NCBI GenBank assembly: GCA_019058295.1
Contig: JAHPZI010000021.1
Coordinates: 1 to 64,000, forward strand
Direction of reading: 5' to 3'
Length of the DNA stretch: 64,000 bases
Origin: Promethearchaeota archaeon
GTDB taxonomy: Archaea; Asgardarchaeota; Lokiarchaeia; Sigyniarchaeales; SOKP01
Part shown: positions 53,858 to 63,244 of the stretch, piece by piece
Layout of the letters: each line of letters begins with the position of its first letter
How positions within the stretch are numbered: position 1 is the stretch's first letter
Program-made: the position numbers and the translations under genes
Notes under the pieces: model-generated
The model's input: the letters and a program-made list of their open reading frames with translations, nothing else
Told to the model about the DNA's origin: nothing
Databases searched by the model: none

Positions 53858-56694
53858 AAACTGGGGAACTTGAATATTCAAACAAATTTATTAAGCGGAT
53901 ACAAATTATACCTGCTTTATTAAATATTATATTAGCCTGCTTGATTGAATATGTTGTTCTTGATAACTCTCAATTTTGGGACCAGATTAATATCGAAGCT
54001 GAAAGAATTTTTTTTATTACCTTTGATTTTGTTTTTTTCTTAATTATTTTAGGGATTATTATAGGAGGTTATTGTTTATTTTACATATATCTTAGTTTTA
54101 AATCTCCAGAAATTGCCCAGATCCCTCTCATTAGTGGATTAGTTGTTTTCTTTACTATGTTAATCGAATTTTTTCTCTTCATGATTATTTTTCAAAATGA
54201 AATGATTGATGTGTATCAAATATACAATTTAATGGGCTCTCCAATTGATTTAATCGTGTATTTGATTCTATTTAGCATTTTGCTCTTCATAACAATTCTA
54301 ATCATTTATAAGTTCCCTCTTCTATGGAAATTTTATTCTATCTTGAACCATGAGAACAATAAAAGCATTTTAAAAACACCAAACCAACATGATACATCTA
54401 AGTATTCTAATAGAGATAATAAGAAGTTGCGATTTTTGGAAAAAAAGTTACGTCCAAAGTTTATTCTTAAATTGATCTCTGTTTGGTTTATCATCTTTGC
54501 ACCTTTATTGTGCTTTTTTACGTTTCAACATCCTCGGTTAATATTTTGGGAATATTATTTCTATCAGTTTGATTGGACTTCTCCTTTTGTATATCTTCAT
54601 ATTTTAATGTTCATGGTATCTCTGTTATCCGTTATAGTACTTACTAAAACAAAGTCACTAAATTCTGATTCCATTAGATCCAGTTTGGAAAAAAGAAGAT
54701 ATGTTTTATTATTACTTTTATTATTAGGTTCTTTATTCATACAAGTTATTTCTCTAATCGTTTTAGGATTACAACAATCCTTAATTTTGATTATTTACAA
54801 TCCACTCTTTTTTATGACTATTAGTTTTTTCCTTGCTTTTTTTGGTAAACTTTTACTATCAGAGAGATGTAAAGTCTTATGGAGTAAATTAAGCACCGTG
54901 TCAAAAAGAAAGCCTAAGGCTAATCACAATAAATTAACAAAAAAAAGATCAAGGTTATTTTTCATCTTGATAATTACATTACCCATATCATGGATGTGTT
55001 TTTACCAACCCATGTTCACCCTTATGCCATCAGATCTGCCAGAATCATATGATGCTAAATATGTCCAGAATTCTTATGAAGATCTCACATTGACTCAAAA
55101 GACGCTATTTGATGAAGTTCTTGAAGATCAATTACCAGTAGGATCAAGTTTATCCACATATCTAAATGATACCTTGAGTACGCGCACGGCAGTCAGAGTT
55201 GCCAGTGGGCTCCTATTTAGAAACCATGAGGGTGATATTGAATGTGCTACAGAAATTATTAAATGGTTGCTAGCTCTGCAAAAAACTGATACTTCTAAAG
55301 AATCATATGGCACATGGAAAACTTCGGTTGAGAATGACAAGGACGATGATAATTGGAGGGAATTTATAGGTTTGGAACTAATTATCATCCTTGAACGTCA
55401 TGAAGATAAATTACCTTCTAAATTGGTTTCCCGTATCAAAGAATCATTAATTCTTGCAGCCAAAGGAGCAAAGGATCGCGGTGTTGAACCCACTAAAACA
55501 AATATTGCCATTATGAGCGCTTTTTTGATGGCCTACGTAGGGAAAAATATGAATAAACCCGAGATTGAAGAGAGTGGTCTTCTTAAAGCTTGGCACATTT
55601 ATATCCTTTTCAATCGGCATGAGTCTTTTACTGAATTCAATTCACCAACGTATAATGGGGTGGTAATGCTGGGACTTGCATGCTGGCGGGATATAGGCCC
55701 ATGTGAAGAAATGAAAGCAATGGGAGCAGAAATGGAAATAAAATTATGGCAACATATTGCTGCTGTTTATCATGCTGGATTTAAAAATATTGTAGGTCCT
55801 TTTTTTCGTAGTTATGGAATGGATATGACTAAATATAACGCACTTATTGGCATTTGGATCACTCTTGCCCTCGATGATCTTGGAAAAAGCCCATTAGCAC
55901 TAAAAAATGGGCCGGATTATTACGAGCTTAGTAATATTTTCCCTGCAGTTCAGGTAGGGCATTGCGAAATAGATTCTGTTATTAATAGTCTAAAGAGTTT
56001 TAAAAAATATAGGTTCGTTGAAAAACAGATTCCTAGCTCATTAGACTATTTTTCAAAAAAATATAAAGCAACAATATGGATTGATGAAGATATGATGATG
56101 GGAGGAGTAGAGGGATACCACAGGTATTTATTATACACAAAGCAAATTAAGGTTGGTACTATTTATTGGAATTCCACAGTGAATGAATCGTTATCTTGGC
56201 TAATGGTCCCAAGCCTTAATGCTCAAAATGTTAAAGTATCTGAAACAAAAATGAGAATATGGAGAGATGATAATGTAGATACCTTGACGTTTTATGTAAA
56301 TGGAAAAGATATAGATACTTCTGACTTCAAGAAAAAAGAGTGGGATTTACCAGGAATTAAAATAATTAGTTCAATAGATCCTTCTTTATTGAAAGTAAAG
56401 AAAATAGATTCGGATGAATTTAGCTCAGATTTTGAAGTGAATCATAACCTTGATACGATTTTTGAGATCAAATGTTATACAAACGAGGTAGAACTGACTA
56501 TTAACCACGAGGACAGTAGTGGAAACGGAGAGTTTGACATTATAGAGTTTTTTACGAGCCCCTTAGGATTGGTTACACTCTCAGGAATTGGAATCGCAAT
56601 GGTGGTAGGCGTCGTGATGGTGTTAAAAAAGAAGAAAAAAGAAGATGACCCGATATCTCAAATAGGTCCTGATATACCACTTCAAGTTGATTGA
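53854..56694 (+). CDS. Polytopic membrane protein with large extracellular helical enzyme-like domain and C-terminal TM anchor
   Basis: TTG start overlaps the PHP stop (TTGA). About 8-9 N-terminal TMs. Soluble domain with DxNWREFIG, TNIAIM, EFNSPTY and GPFFRSYGMDM. C-terminal TM followed by KKKKK. Confidence 0.75.
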   Translation: MKTGELEYSNKFIKRIQIIPALLNIILACLIEYVVLDNSQFWDQINIEAERIFFITFDFVFFLIILGIIIGGYCLFYIYLSFKSPEIAQIPLISGLVVFFTMLIEFFLFMIIFQNEMIDVYQIYNLMGSPIDLIVYLILFSILLFITILIIYKFPLLWKFYSILNHENNKSILKTPNQHDTSKYSNRDNKKLRFLEKKLRPKFILKLISVWFIIFAPLLCFFTFQHPRLIFWEYYFYQFDWTSPFVYLHILMFMVSLLSVIVLTKTKSLNSDSIRSSLEKRRYVLLLLLLLGSLFIQVISLIVLGLQQSLILIIYNPLFFMTISFFLAFFGKLLLSERCKVLWSKLSTVSKRKPKANHNKLTKKRSRLFFILIITLPISWMCFYQPMFTLMPSDLPESYDAKYVQNSYEDLTLTQKTLFDEVLEDQLPVGSSLSTYLNDTLSTRTAVRVASGLLFRNHEGDIECATEIIKWLLALQKTDTSKESYGTWKTSVENDKDDDNWREFIGLELIIILERHEDKLPSKLVSRIKESLILAAKGAKDRGVEPTKTNIAIMSAFLMAYVGKNMNKPEIEESGLLKAWHIYILFNRHESFTEFNSPTYNGVVMLGLACWRDIGPCEEMKAMGAEMEIKLWQHIAAVYHAGFKNIVGPFFRSYGMDMTKYNALIGIWITLALDDLGKSPLALKNGPDYYELSNIFPAVQVGHCEIDSVINSLKSFKKYRFVEKQIPSSLDYFSKKYKATIWIDEDMMMGGVEGYHRYLLYTKQIKVGTIYWNSTVNESLSWLMVPSLNAQNVKVSETKMRIWRDDNVDTLTFYVNGKDIDTSDFKKKEWDLPGIKIISSIDPSLLKVKKIDSDEFSSDFEVNHNLDTIFEIKCYTNEVELTINHEDSSGNGEFDIIEFFTSPLGLVTLSGIGIAMVVGVVMVLKKKKKEDDPISQIGPDIPLQVD

Positions 56695-56728
56695 AGTTCA
56701 ATTTCAAAAATTATTTCAATGGTAAATC

Positions 56729-56808
56729 TTAAACATAACCATCATCACTAATATCTAATGCTCAATAATCTCAATGCATCGATTCCAAGTATAAGTTTAT
56801 ATATTTTA
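56729..56808. repeat. ~80-bp direct repeat B, right copy (upstream of coiled-coil gene)
   Basis: Matches 51465-51543. Ends in TATA-like TTTATATATT about 30 bp before ATG 56838. Confidence 0.85.
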
Positions 56809-56837
56809 GAAAATAATAATAATGAGGGAGAAGTTTT

Positions 56838-57248
56838 ATGTCAGAAGAAATAGAATCAATAAATCGTATACTTAGGGATCTAGAAGAAAAAATTTCCAAA
56901 ACAGAAGAAGCAGCTTCAATAGAAGAGACATCCATAAAAAATAATATTGATTTAGAATTTAATGAAAAAATAGAAGCTGCTAAGGTCAATTTAGAGAAAG
57001 AAATGGTTTGGCTAAAAGAAGCGGAAGAAAAATATAATGAATGGAAGAAAAGATTCACCGATAAAAAAGTATATGTTAAAACCTTAGAAAAAACATTAAA
57101 CACCTTAATGACACAAAAATCAAATACATTAAAGACAAAATTAAAACCAGTATTAGATAACAAAGAAAGAAAGATTAAAGATTTTCAGAAAGCTATAAAG
57201 AATTTAAAAAAAAAAAAAAACAAGATAGAAAAAGCGTCAGAAAAATGA
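56838..57248 (+). CDS. Small coiled-coil protein, unknown function
   Basis: K/E-rich heptad pattern. GAGGGAG upstream of the ATG. Confidence 0.75.
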   Translation: MSEEIESINRILRDLEEKISKTEEAASIEETSIKNNIDLEFNEKIEAAKVNLEKEMVWLKEAEEKYNEWKKRFTDKKVYVKTLEKTLNTLMTQKSNTLKTKLKPVLDNKERKIKDFQKAIKNLKKKKNKIEKASEK

Positions 57249-57282
57249 TTAAGTAAATAATGAGAGATAAATTTCTTTTTTT

Positions 57283-57771
57283 TTAAATAAAATTACATGA
57301 AGGGGTAAATCGTCCTCTCTTTTTTTCTAAATATTGTTGATGATACTCTTCAGCTTGCCAAAATTTTGATGCAGGTACTATTTCCGTAACAATAGGATTT
57401 CTATACTTCTTAGACTCTTCTACCCTTTTCCTTGAATTATGTGCTTCTTTTTTCTGTTCCTCATTTAGATAAAAGATAGCTGATCTATATTGAGAGCCAA
57501 TGTCAAATCCTTGACGATTCAATGTGGTGGGATCATGAATATCCCAAAATACATCAAGCAAATCTGTATAAGAAATAATGGTTGGATCAAAAGTCACTTC
57601 CACTGCTTCAGCATGGCCCGTTTTATGAGAACATACATCTTTATAGGTGGGATTCGGAAAATTACCCCCTGTATAACCAACTCGAGTAGAAATTACACCT
57701 TTTAATTTTCTAAACTGTGCTTCTATACCCCAAAAACAACCTGCTGCAAAAATTGCGATTTGATATTCCAT
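57283..57771 (-). CDS. msrA: Peptide-methionine (S)-S-oxide reductase
   Basis: GCFWG, TGHAEAV, HDPT, QYRS and AEEYHQQY motifs. ATG 57771 is preferred to TTG 57783. Confidence 0.97.
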   Translation of the reverse strand: MEYQIAIFAAGCFWGIEAQFRKLKGVISTRVGYTGGNFPNPTYKDVCSHKTGHAEAVEVTFDPTIISYTDLLDVFWDIHDPTTLNRQGFDIGSQYRSAIFYLNEEQKKEAHNSRKRVEESKKYRNPIVTEIVPASKFWQAEEYHQQYLEKKRGRFTPSCNFI

Positions 57772-57922
57772 ATTAATATTCAAAAAATAAAAGAAATTAT
57801 AATTATTTTTTATTTATTATAAGAAATTAGCCCCAAATAGGTTATTCTTATAATTTACAGAGATTCATCCTTTTTATTATATAATACAACTATTATAATA
57901 CCTATTTTTTTATATTTACTAT

Positions 57923-58303
57923 ATGAAGTCTAAAGTACCTAAAAAGAAAGAGTTAACAGAAGAGCAAAAATATGTTCTATATCAAAAGGGCACTGAACGA
58001 CCGTTTACTGGAAAATTTTGGGATAATCATGAGGATGGCACTTATAAATGTGCAGGATGCGGTTCTGAGTTGTTTTCTTCTGATACAAAATTTGATTCCG
58101 GAACCGGTTGGCCAAGTTTTTATGATGCACTCGATCCTGAGAAAGTTGAACTAAAGACAGATACTAGTCTTGGAATGATCCGGACCGAAGTCGTGTGTAA
58201 AAATTGTGGCGGTCATTTAGGGCATATGTTTAAGGATGGTCCAAAACCAACAGGATGTAGGTATTGTATTAATTCAGCTTCTTTGGATTTTGAATCGAAA
58301 TGA
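57923..58303 (+). CDS. msrB: Peptide-methionine (R)-S-oxide reductase, Zn-binding
   Basis: [28 protein letters not shown] and RYCINS motifs. Divergent from msrA. Confidence 0.97.
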   Translation: MKSKVPKKKELTEEQKYVLYQKGTERPFTGKFWDNHEDGTYKCAGCGSELFSSDTKFDSGTGWPSFYDALDPEKVELKTDTSLGMIRTEVVCKNCGGHLGHMFKDGPKPTGCRYCINSASLDFESK

Positions 58304-58420
58304 TTAATAATACGAGAACATTTTAGTTGAACTTTGTAAACTTTTTTTTTGTTAAATAATTAAATAAAAAAACTATTCTATGTATAAATTTTAAAAAATA
58401 AAAAAAAGAATCTATAAGAA

Positions 58421-60187
58421 TTATTTATTCCACAGCGGATCTGCTTCCTGCAATTGTCTTCTTTGTACTTTCCCTAAGACATTTTTAGGGACTTCCTCAA
58501 TAAATTCTATAATAGTAGGACATTTCCATTTTGTTAAGTTTTCCTCAGTCCAAGCTTTTAATTCTTCTACTGTGATTGTATTTTCATATTCTGGTTTTAT
58601 TTGTACCCAGGCTTTTATGATTTCTCCTACTTTGCCAGCGGGATCAGGAAGTCCAGCAACTGCTGCCTCAGAAACAGCTTCATTCTTCATGAGCATGGAT
58701 TCCACTTCTTTTGGAAAGACTGAATGACCTGCTACTTTGATCAATTGCTTTTTTCTATCCATTATGGTGATCGTTCCATCTTCTCTCATGAAACCAATAT
58801 CTCCTGTTAAAAGCCATTTTCTACCATCCCATTCTTTAATCGTGTCAGCAGTTTCTTCTGGCTGATTAAGATAACCCTTCATAACTTGGGGTCCACATAC
58901 ACAAATCTCACCCGTGTTTTCTTCTCCATACTTTGATCCTGGTAATCCATCTGCTATAAGCCCTTTATTAAAATCTTCTGTTGGAAAAATTGCCCAATCT
59001 GTTCCTGGAAAAGGCATCCCGATTGTACCTAATGGACTTTCTCCAAATAGATTACCCCCACTTACGACTGGACTCGCCTCTGAAAGGCCATATCCTTCAA
59101 CTATCCTACCTCCTGTATTTTTTTCGAAAGCTTCTTGGACAGGTTTATGCAGTGGTCCGGCACCCGACACACATAATCTTAATTTCCCCATTATATCATA
59201 ATCTTGAATTTCAGGAAAATCTGCTAGTCGCTTAAATAAGATTTCTGCACCAGCATAAGCTAAACCTTTGGGGGCAGGAATTTCTTGAATTTCTTTCAAC
59301 AATTCTTTTGTAGGAGGAGGTCTAGGAAAGAGCATCATCCATCCTCCAGCAGCAATAGAAAATGTCATTACAGCAGTCATAGCAAAAGAGTGAAACATTG
59401 GTAATACACCTACATCACCAAGACCAGGCTCTTCACCTCCAAACCATAACATACATTGGATGGCATTGGAAACTACATTGAAATGAGTTAAATCTGTGGC
59501 TTTCGGAACTCCAGTTGTACCACCAGTCATTATATAGGTAACGGTATCCTCTGTTGGATTTATTTTTACATCAGGTAAATTTGGGGTAGTTTCTAAAAGA
59601 TCAGTAAATTTATAAGAAGGATCAAATGTTACTTTACCTTTAGGAATTTTTCCTATTAATTTACCTAAAATTCTTAGAGCTTTAGGAATCCCAATTGCCA
59701 TATCTGCCACATTTGTATATATCACAAAATCTAATTTGTGTTTGCTGAGAATTGGTTCAACTAATTCCTTCCATAGCGCATCAAGTGTAATTAATGCTTT
59801 AGCATTAGTTATTTCTAAGTGATGAAGTACTTCTAATGGTTTATAAGTCGGATTTATACCTGTAGCGATAGCACCTAATTTTGCGCACGCAAAATATGCA
59901 ATCACATATTGAAAACAATTTGGCAGTAGAAATGCTATACAATCATTTTTTTTGATTCCTAAATTATGTAAAGCTGTAGCAAAAGAATCAATATTTTTTC
60001 CTAATTCTTCATAGGTCATCCAGGTTTCTAAGAACCACATTACGTTTTCATTAGGATATTTTTTTCTCTGTGTCTCAAAAAATTCTCCAAGCGTTATTTC
60101 TGGAAAATCATAGTTTTTGGGTACATTTTTTGGCCACCATTTCTTAAACCATGCTTTATCTTCATTTACTTGCCATTTTTTAGACAT
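58421..60187 (-). CDS. Long-chain acyl-CoA synthetase (AMP-binding enzyme)
   Basis: MTGGTTGVPK P-loop, EGYGLSE, TGDIG, DRKK and GKVQR motifs. Confidence 0.93.
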   Translation of the reverse strand: MSKKWQVNEDKAWFKKWWPKNVPKNYDFPEITLGEFFETQRKKYPNENVMWFLETWMTYEELGKNIDSFATALHNLGIKKNDCIAFLLPNCFQYVIAYFACAKLGAIATGINPTYKPLEVLHHLEITNAKALITLDALWKELVEPILSKHKLDFVIYTNVADMAIGIPKALRILGKLIGKIPKGKVTFDPSYKFTDLLETTPNLPDVKINPTEDTVTYIMTGGTTGVPKATDLTHFNVVSNAIQCMLWFGGEEPGLGDVGVLPMFHSFAMTAVMTFSIAAGGWMMLFPRPPPTKELLKEIQEIPAPKGLAYAGAEILFKRLADFPEIQDYDIMGKLRLCVSGAGPLHKPVQEAFEKNTGGRIVEGYGLSEASPVVSGGNLFGESPLGTIGMPFPGTDWAIFPTEDFNKGLIADGLPGSKYGEENTGEICVCGPQVMKGYLNQPEETADTIKEWDGRKWLLTGDIGFMREDGTITIMDRKKQLIKVAGHSVFPKEVESMLMKNEAVSEAAVAGLPDPAGKVGEIIKAWVQIKPEYENTITVEELKAWTEENLTKWKCPTIIEFIEEVPKNVLGKVQRRQLQEADPLWNK

Positions 60188-60413
60188 AATTTTAATCACT
60201 TTTTTTAGATAATAAGTTCTTGATAAATATTGATATCATAATTTTTAAATTTTAATTAAATTATTTATAAAACCATATTGAATCTTAAGACATAGCTCGA
60301 TCCCTAAAATTGCTAAAAAGAACTATCGTGATTGATTATAATCATTATATTTTAATATATTCAATTCCATTAATGTTATTGAAAATTAATTACCAATCTA
60401 AGGTGGACGTGCA

Positions 60414-60689
60414 ATCTGCAATAAATGCTATTGTGAGAATATTCAAAAATGTTCAATTGTAGGACTTATGCCCATAGACTTTTGCTGTACTTTATGTGTT
60501 TATTATGATTCTGAAAAAAAATGTACTAAAGCGCAAATTACCCCAAGCACAAGTGCTTCCAGCATAGAGAGCAAGATAAAACTTAAAAATGCCTCGATTA
60601 GTGGTGATCAGTTAAAAGTTTTACTTGAACAAGAAGGTAAAGAATTTTCTATTTTCATAGATCTTAGAAAATATTTAAATTCTATTTAA
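60414..60689 (+). CDS. Small Cys-rich putative metal-binding protein (8 Cys); start uncertain (ATC 60414 or ATG 60468)
   Basis: The frame is open upstream of ATG 60468 and encodes ICNKCYCENIQKCSIVGL, continuing MPIDFCCTLC...KC. AAGGTGGA lies just upstream. Confidence 0.6.
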   Translation: MCNKCYCENIQKCSIVGLMPIDFCCTLCVYYDSEKKCTKAQITPSTSASSIESKIKLKNASISGDQLKVLLEQEGKEFSIFIDLRKYLNSI

Positions 60690-60692
60690 AAT

Positions 60693-62174
60693 CTAATTGT
60701 TAATTGGGCGTCCTTTCTTATGGATTGCTTTACCTAATACATCTTGAGATGCTTCGCGTACAATCTCTGATAGAGTTGGATGACTGTGTATCGTAGAATT
60801 AATATTTTGAATTGTTAAATCATTTTGCATTGCCAATGCAATTTCTGCAATTAATCCAGAGGCTCCAACTCCCATGCATGATGCTCCAATGATTTTATTA
60901 GTTACTTTATTACATAAGATCTGTAAAAATCCTGAATCTTCCCCCATACATTTAGCTTTACCATGTGATTGATAAGAAAATAGCCCCATAATCACATCTA
61001 TACCCTGATTTTTAGCAGATTTTCTTCTTATTCCAATAGAGCCTATATTAGGGGAAATAAAGATTGTTGCTGGAATTAAACTATAATCTGCTCTCATTTC
61101 CTTTACTGGGAATCCCCCGATACGAGATAAAGCGTTTGAAACAGCAATATCACCTTCATAACTAGCTACATGAGCTAGAAGAAGTCCTCCAGTAACATCT
61201 CCTATTGCGTAAATCCCTCTAACGGAAGTTTCTAAACTAAAAGGATCAATCTTTATTGATCCTCGGTTAGTTTTTATATCAAGTTTTTCTAATCCTATAT
61301 TTTTTGATTCTTTTTCCCGACCAATTGATACTAAACATAAGTCTGCCATATGGGTAGATTTTTCAGCATTATTTATTTCTTCTTTGGGAACGGATGCGTC
61401 ACATGTTATCGCTTTAACTCCCGAACCTGTATTTTCTATAGATAATACATTTAGCGAAGTATGTATTTCTATTCCTAATTTCTTGAATTTATTTTCTAAC
61501 TCCCTAATTATTATAGGTTCTTCAGTTGCTATCGGCTTATTCAAGTATTCTAACATAATTACTTTACTTCCAAAGTGATTAAATATATAAGCAAATTCAC
61601 ATCCAATGACCCCTGCCCCAATTATTAACAATCGTTTTGGTATCTTATTAAAACTTGGATCTAAAATATCATTGCTGGTCAAAATTCTTTCATGATCAAT
61701 GTTAAAGTTAGGGATTAGCGTAGGTGAAGAACCAGTTGCAATAATAACTGTTTTAGTAGTTATAACTTCATTATCTTTCCCTTGAATTGAAATTTTAAAT
61801 CCTGTATCAATATTACCTCCAATAATTTTACCATGTCCTTCATAAACTCTGTTTTTCCAAGCTTTCTGTAAAGCTATTATCCCCTCAACCAATTCTTTAA
61901 CAACTTTATTCTTTCTTTCTATAGCTTTAGCAAAATTTACGTTAAAATCCTTAATTTCTATTCCGAATTCTTCAGCTTTTTCTTTAATTTGTTCAATTAA
62001 ATAAGCCGACTCGTACAAAGCTTTTGTTGGGATGCACCCACGATTAAGACATGTTCCGCCTAATTTATCTTTTTCAATCAAGGCTACTTTTGCACCGTAT
62101 TGAGCTGCCCTTATAGCTGCTTGGTATCCCCCCGGTCCTGCACCAATAATGGTAATATCATATTGTTCTTCCAT
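60693..62174 (-). CDS. lpdA: Dihydrolipoyl dehydrogenase
   Basis: GAGPGG, GGTCLNRGCIP redox disulfide, GAGVIG, AIGD and HSHPTLSE motifs. Confidence 0.95.
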   Translation of the reverse strand: MEEQYDITIIGAGPGGYQAAIRAAQYGAKVALIEKDKLGGTCLNRGCIPTKALYESAYLIEQIKEKAEEFGIEIKDFNVNFAKAIERKNKVVKELVEGIIALQKAWKNRVYEGHGKIIGGNIDTGFKISIQGKDNEVITTKTVIIATGSSPTLIPNFNIDHERILTSNDILDPSFNKIPKRLLIIGAGVIGCEFAYIFNHFGSKVIMLEYLNKPIATEEPIIIRELENKFKKLGIEIHTSLNVLSIENTGSGVKAITCDASVPKEEINNAEKSTHMADLCLVSIGREKESKNIGLEKLDIKTNRGSIKIDPFSLETSVRGIYAIGDVTGGLLLAHVASYEGDIAVSNALSRIGGFPVKEMRADYSLIPATIFISPNIGSIGIRRKSAKNQGIDVIMGLFSYQSHGKAKCMGEDSGFLQILCNKVTNKIIGASCMGVGASGLIAEIALAMQNDLTIQNINSTIHSHPTLSEIVREASQDVLGKAIHKKGRPINN

Positions 62175-62319
62175 CTTATACTCAACTTCTTTGTTTAATC
62201 CATATTAATTTCTTACTAAAAAATGAAATAACATATAGTTCACATAGAATAATTCACTTAATAAAGTATTTTGTATTTATCTTGCTCATATAGCGATTTC
62301 AATTATAAATTTATATATT

Positions 62320-63243
62320 TTAAAAAATAGTACTTTTCTTTACCATATGATGCGGTTTATAAGACTCTTTAGCTCTTCTTAAGCCTAAGATTCCCAAGTC
62401 TTGCTCTCGATTAATGAAAATAGCAGTTTCAAAGCAATTTTTTAAGAATAGATTATTTATTGCTTGATATGAACCTTCATAATCAATATGAGCTTTTTCT
62501 ATATGAATAACCGCTGTTTCATTATTTAGCATTTCTCCCAATGTGTATGCTACACACTTTTCATCCACGCAAATAATACACCCTTTAAGATTTAATTTAA
62601 AATAATTATCCAATGCTTCATCAATAGCTTTCTGCTCTTCTAATAAATCCTCATTTCTTTGACACTCGTTCATATCACACCATTCAATTTGTAATTCTCG
62701 AACTTTATCTATATGTTCTTCAGTTATAATGCTAAATTCGTAATTATATTGCTCAATAAATTTATTTAACCACCTTCGTTTTTGGCGATATTTATTTCCC
62801 GCTAGAGAAATCAGATCTTGTTTATTATACACATAATCCCAATTATTTCTATCTTCTAAGATGGTAAATCTCTCATTTCCAAAAGGAAATTCCTCTTTTA
62901 TATACTCCACGATTGATTCAGGTACTTTATGAAATTCAATATTTTCGAATTCTCTGAAGAGTTGTAGAATCATTTCTCCCGGATATGGACCAATCGGTGG
63001 AATAAAATAAATTGGGTTTTTTTTAACCGAATTGGGCGTTTTCCATTTAGTTAAGTAGGTTTTTGAGAAGATTAATAAATGTTTTTCTATCTCTGTAAAG
63101 AGGAAATCGTAATATTTCCTCCAAATAAACAAGTTCGTAAATGTAAGTTCTGAAATTTCAGGGGAAAACTTTTCAAAATATTTATCAAACAAAGGTTTGT
63201 CAGAAAGTTCTATTTCTTTTGCGCCTTCTAAGTTTATTCTCAT
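62320..63243 (-). CDS. DUF2156 / aminoacyl-phosphatidylglycerol synthase C-terminal-like (GNAT-fold) protein
   Basis: SELTFTNLFIW, DYVY...L..LAG.KY..KR, IHIEKA and INREQDLG..GLRRAKESYKP motifs. Confidence 0.9.
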   Translation of the reverse strand: MRINLEGAKEIELSDKPLFDKYFEKFSPEISELTFTNLFIWRKYYDFLFTEIEKHLLIFSKTYLTKWKTPNSVKKNPIYFIPPIGPYPGEMILQLFREFENIEFHKVPESIVEYIKEEFPFGNERFTILEDRNNWDYVYNKQDLISLAGNKYRQKRRWLNKFIEQYNYEFSIITEEHIDKVRELQIEWCDMNECQRNEDLLEEQKAIDEALDNYFKLNLKGCIICVDEKCVAYTLGEMLNNETAVIHIEKAHIDYEGSYQAINNLFLKNCFETAIFINREQDLGILGLRRAKESYKPHHMVKKSTIF

Positions 63244-63244
63244 A

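Noticed and set aside
56771-57163. 130-aa minus-strand ORF
   Set aside because: Antisense shadow of the K/E-rich coiled-coil gene.
57206-57220. A15 tract as a phase-variation switch
   Set aside because: It lies about 10 codons from the stop and encodes poly-Lys, so slippage would barely alter the protein.
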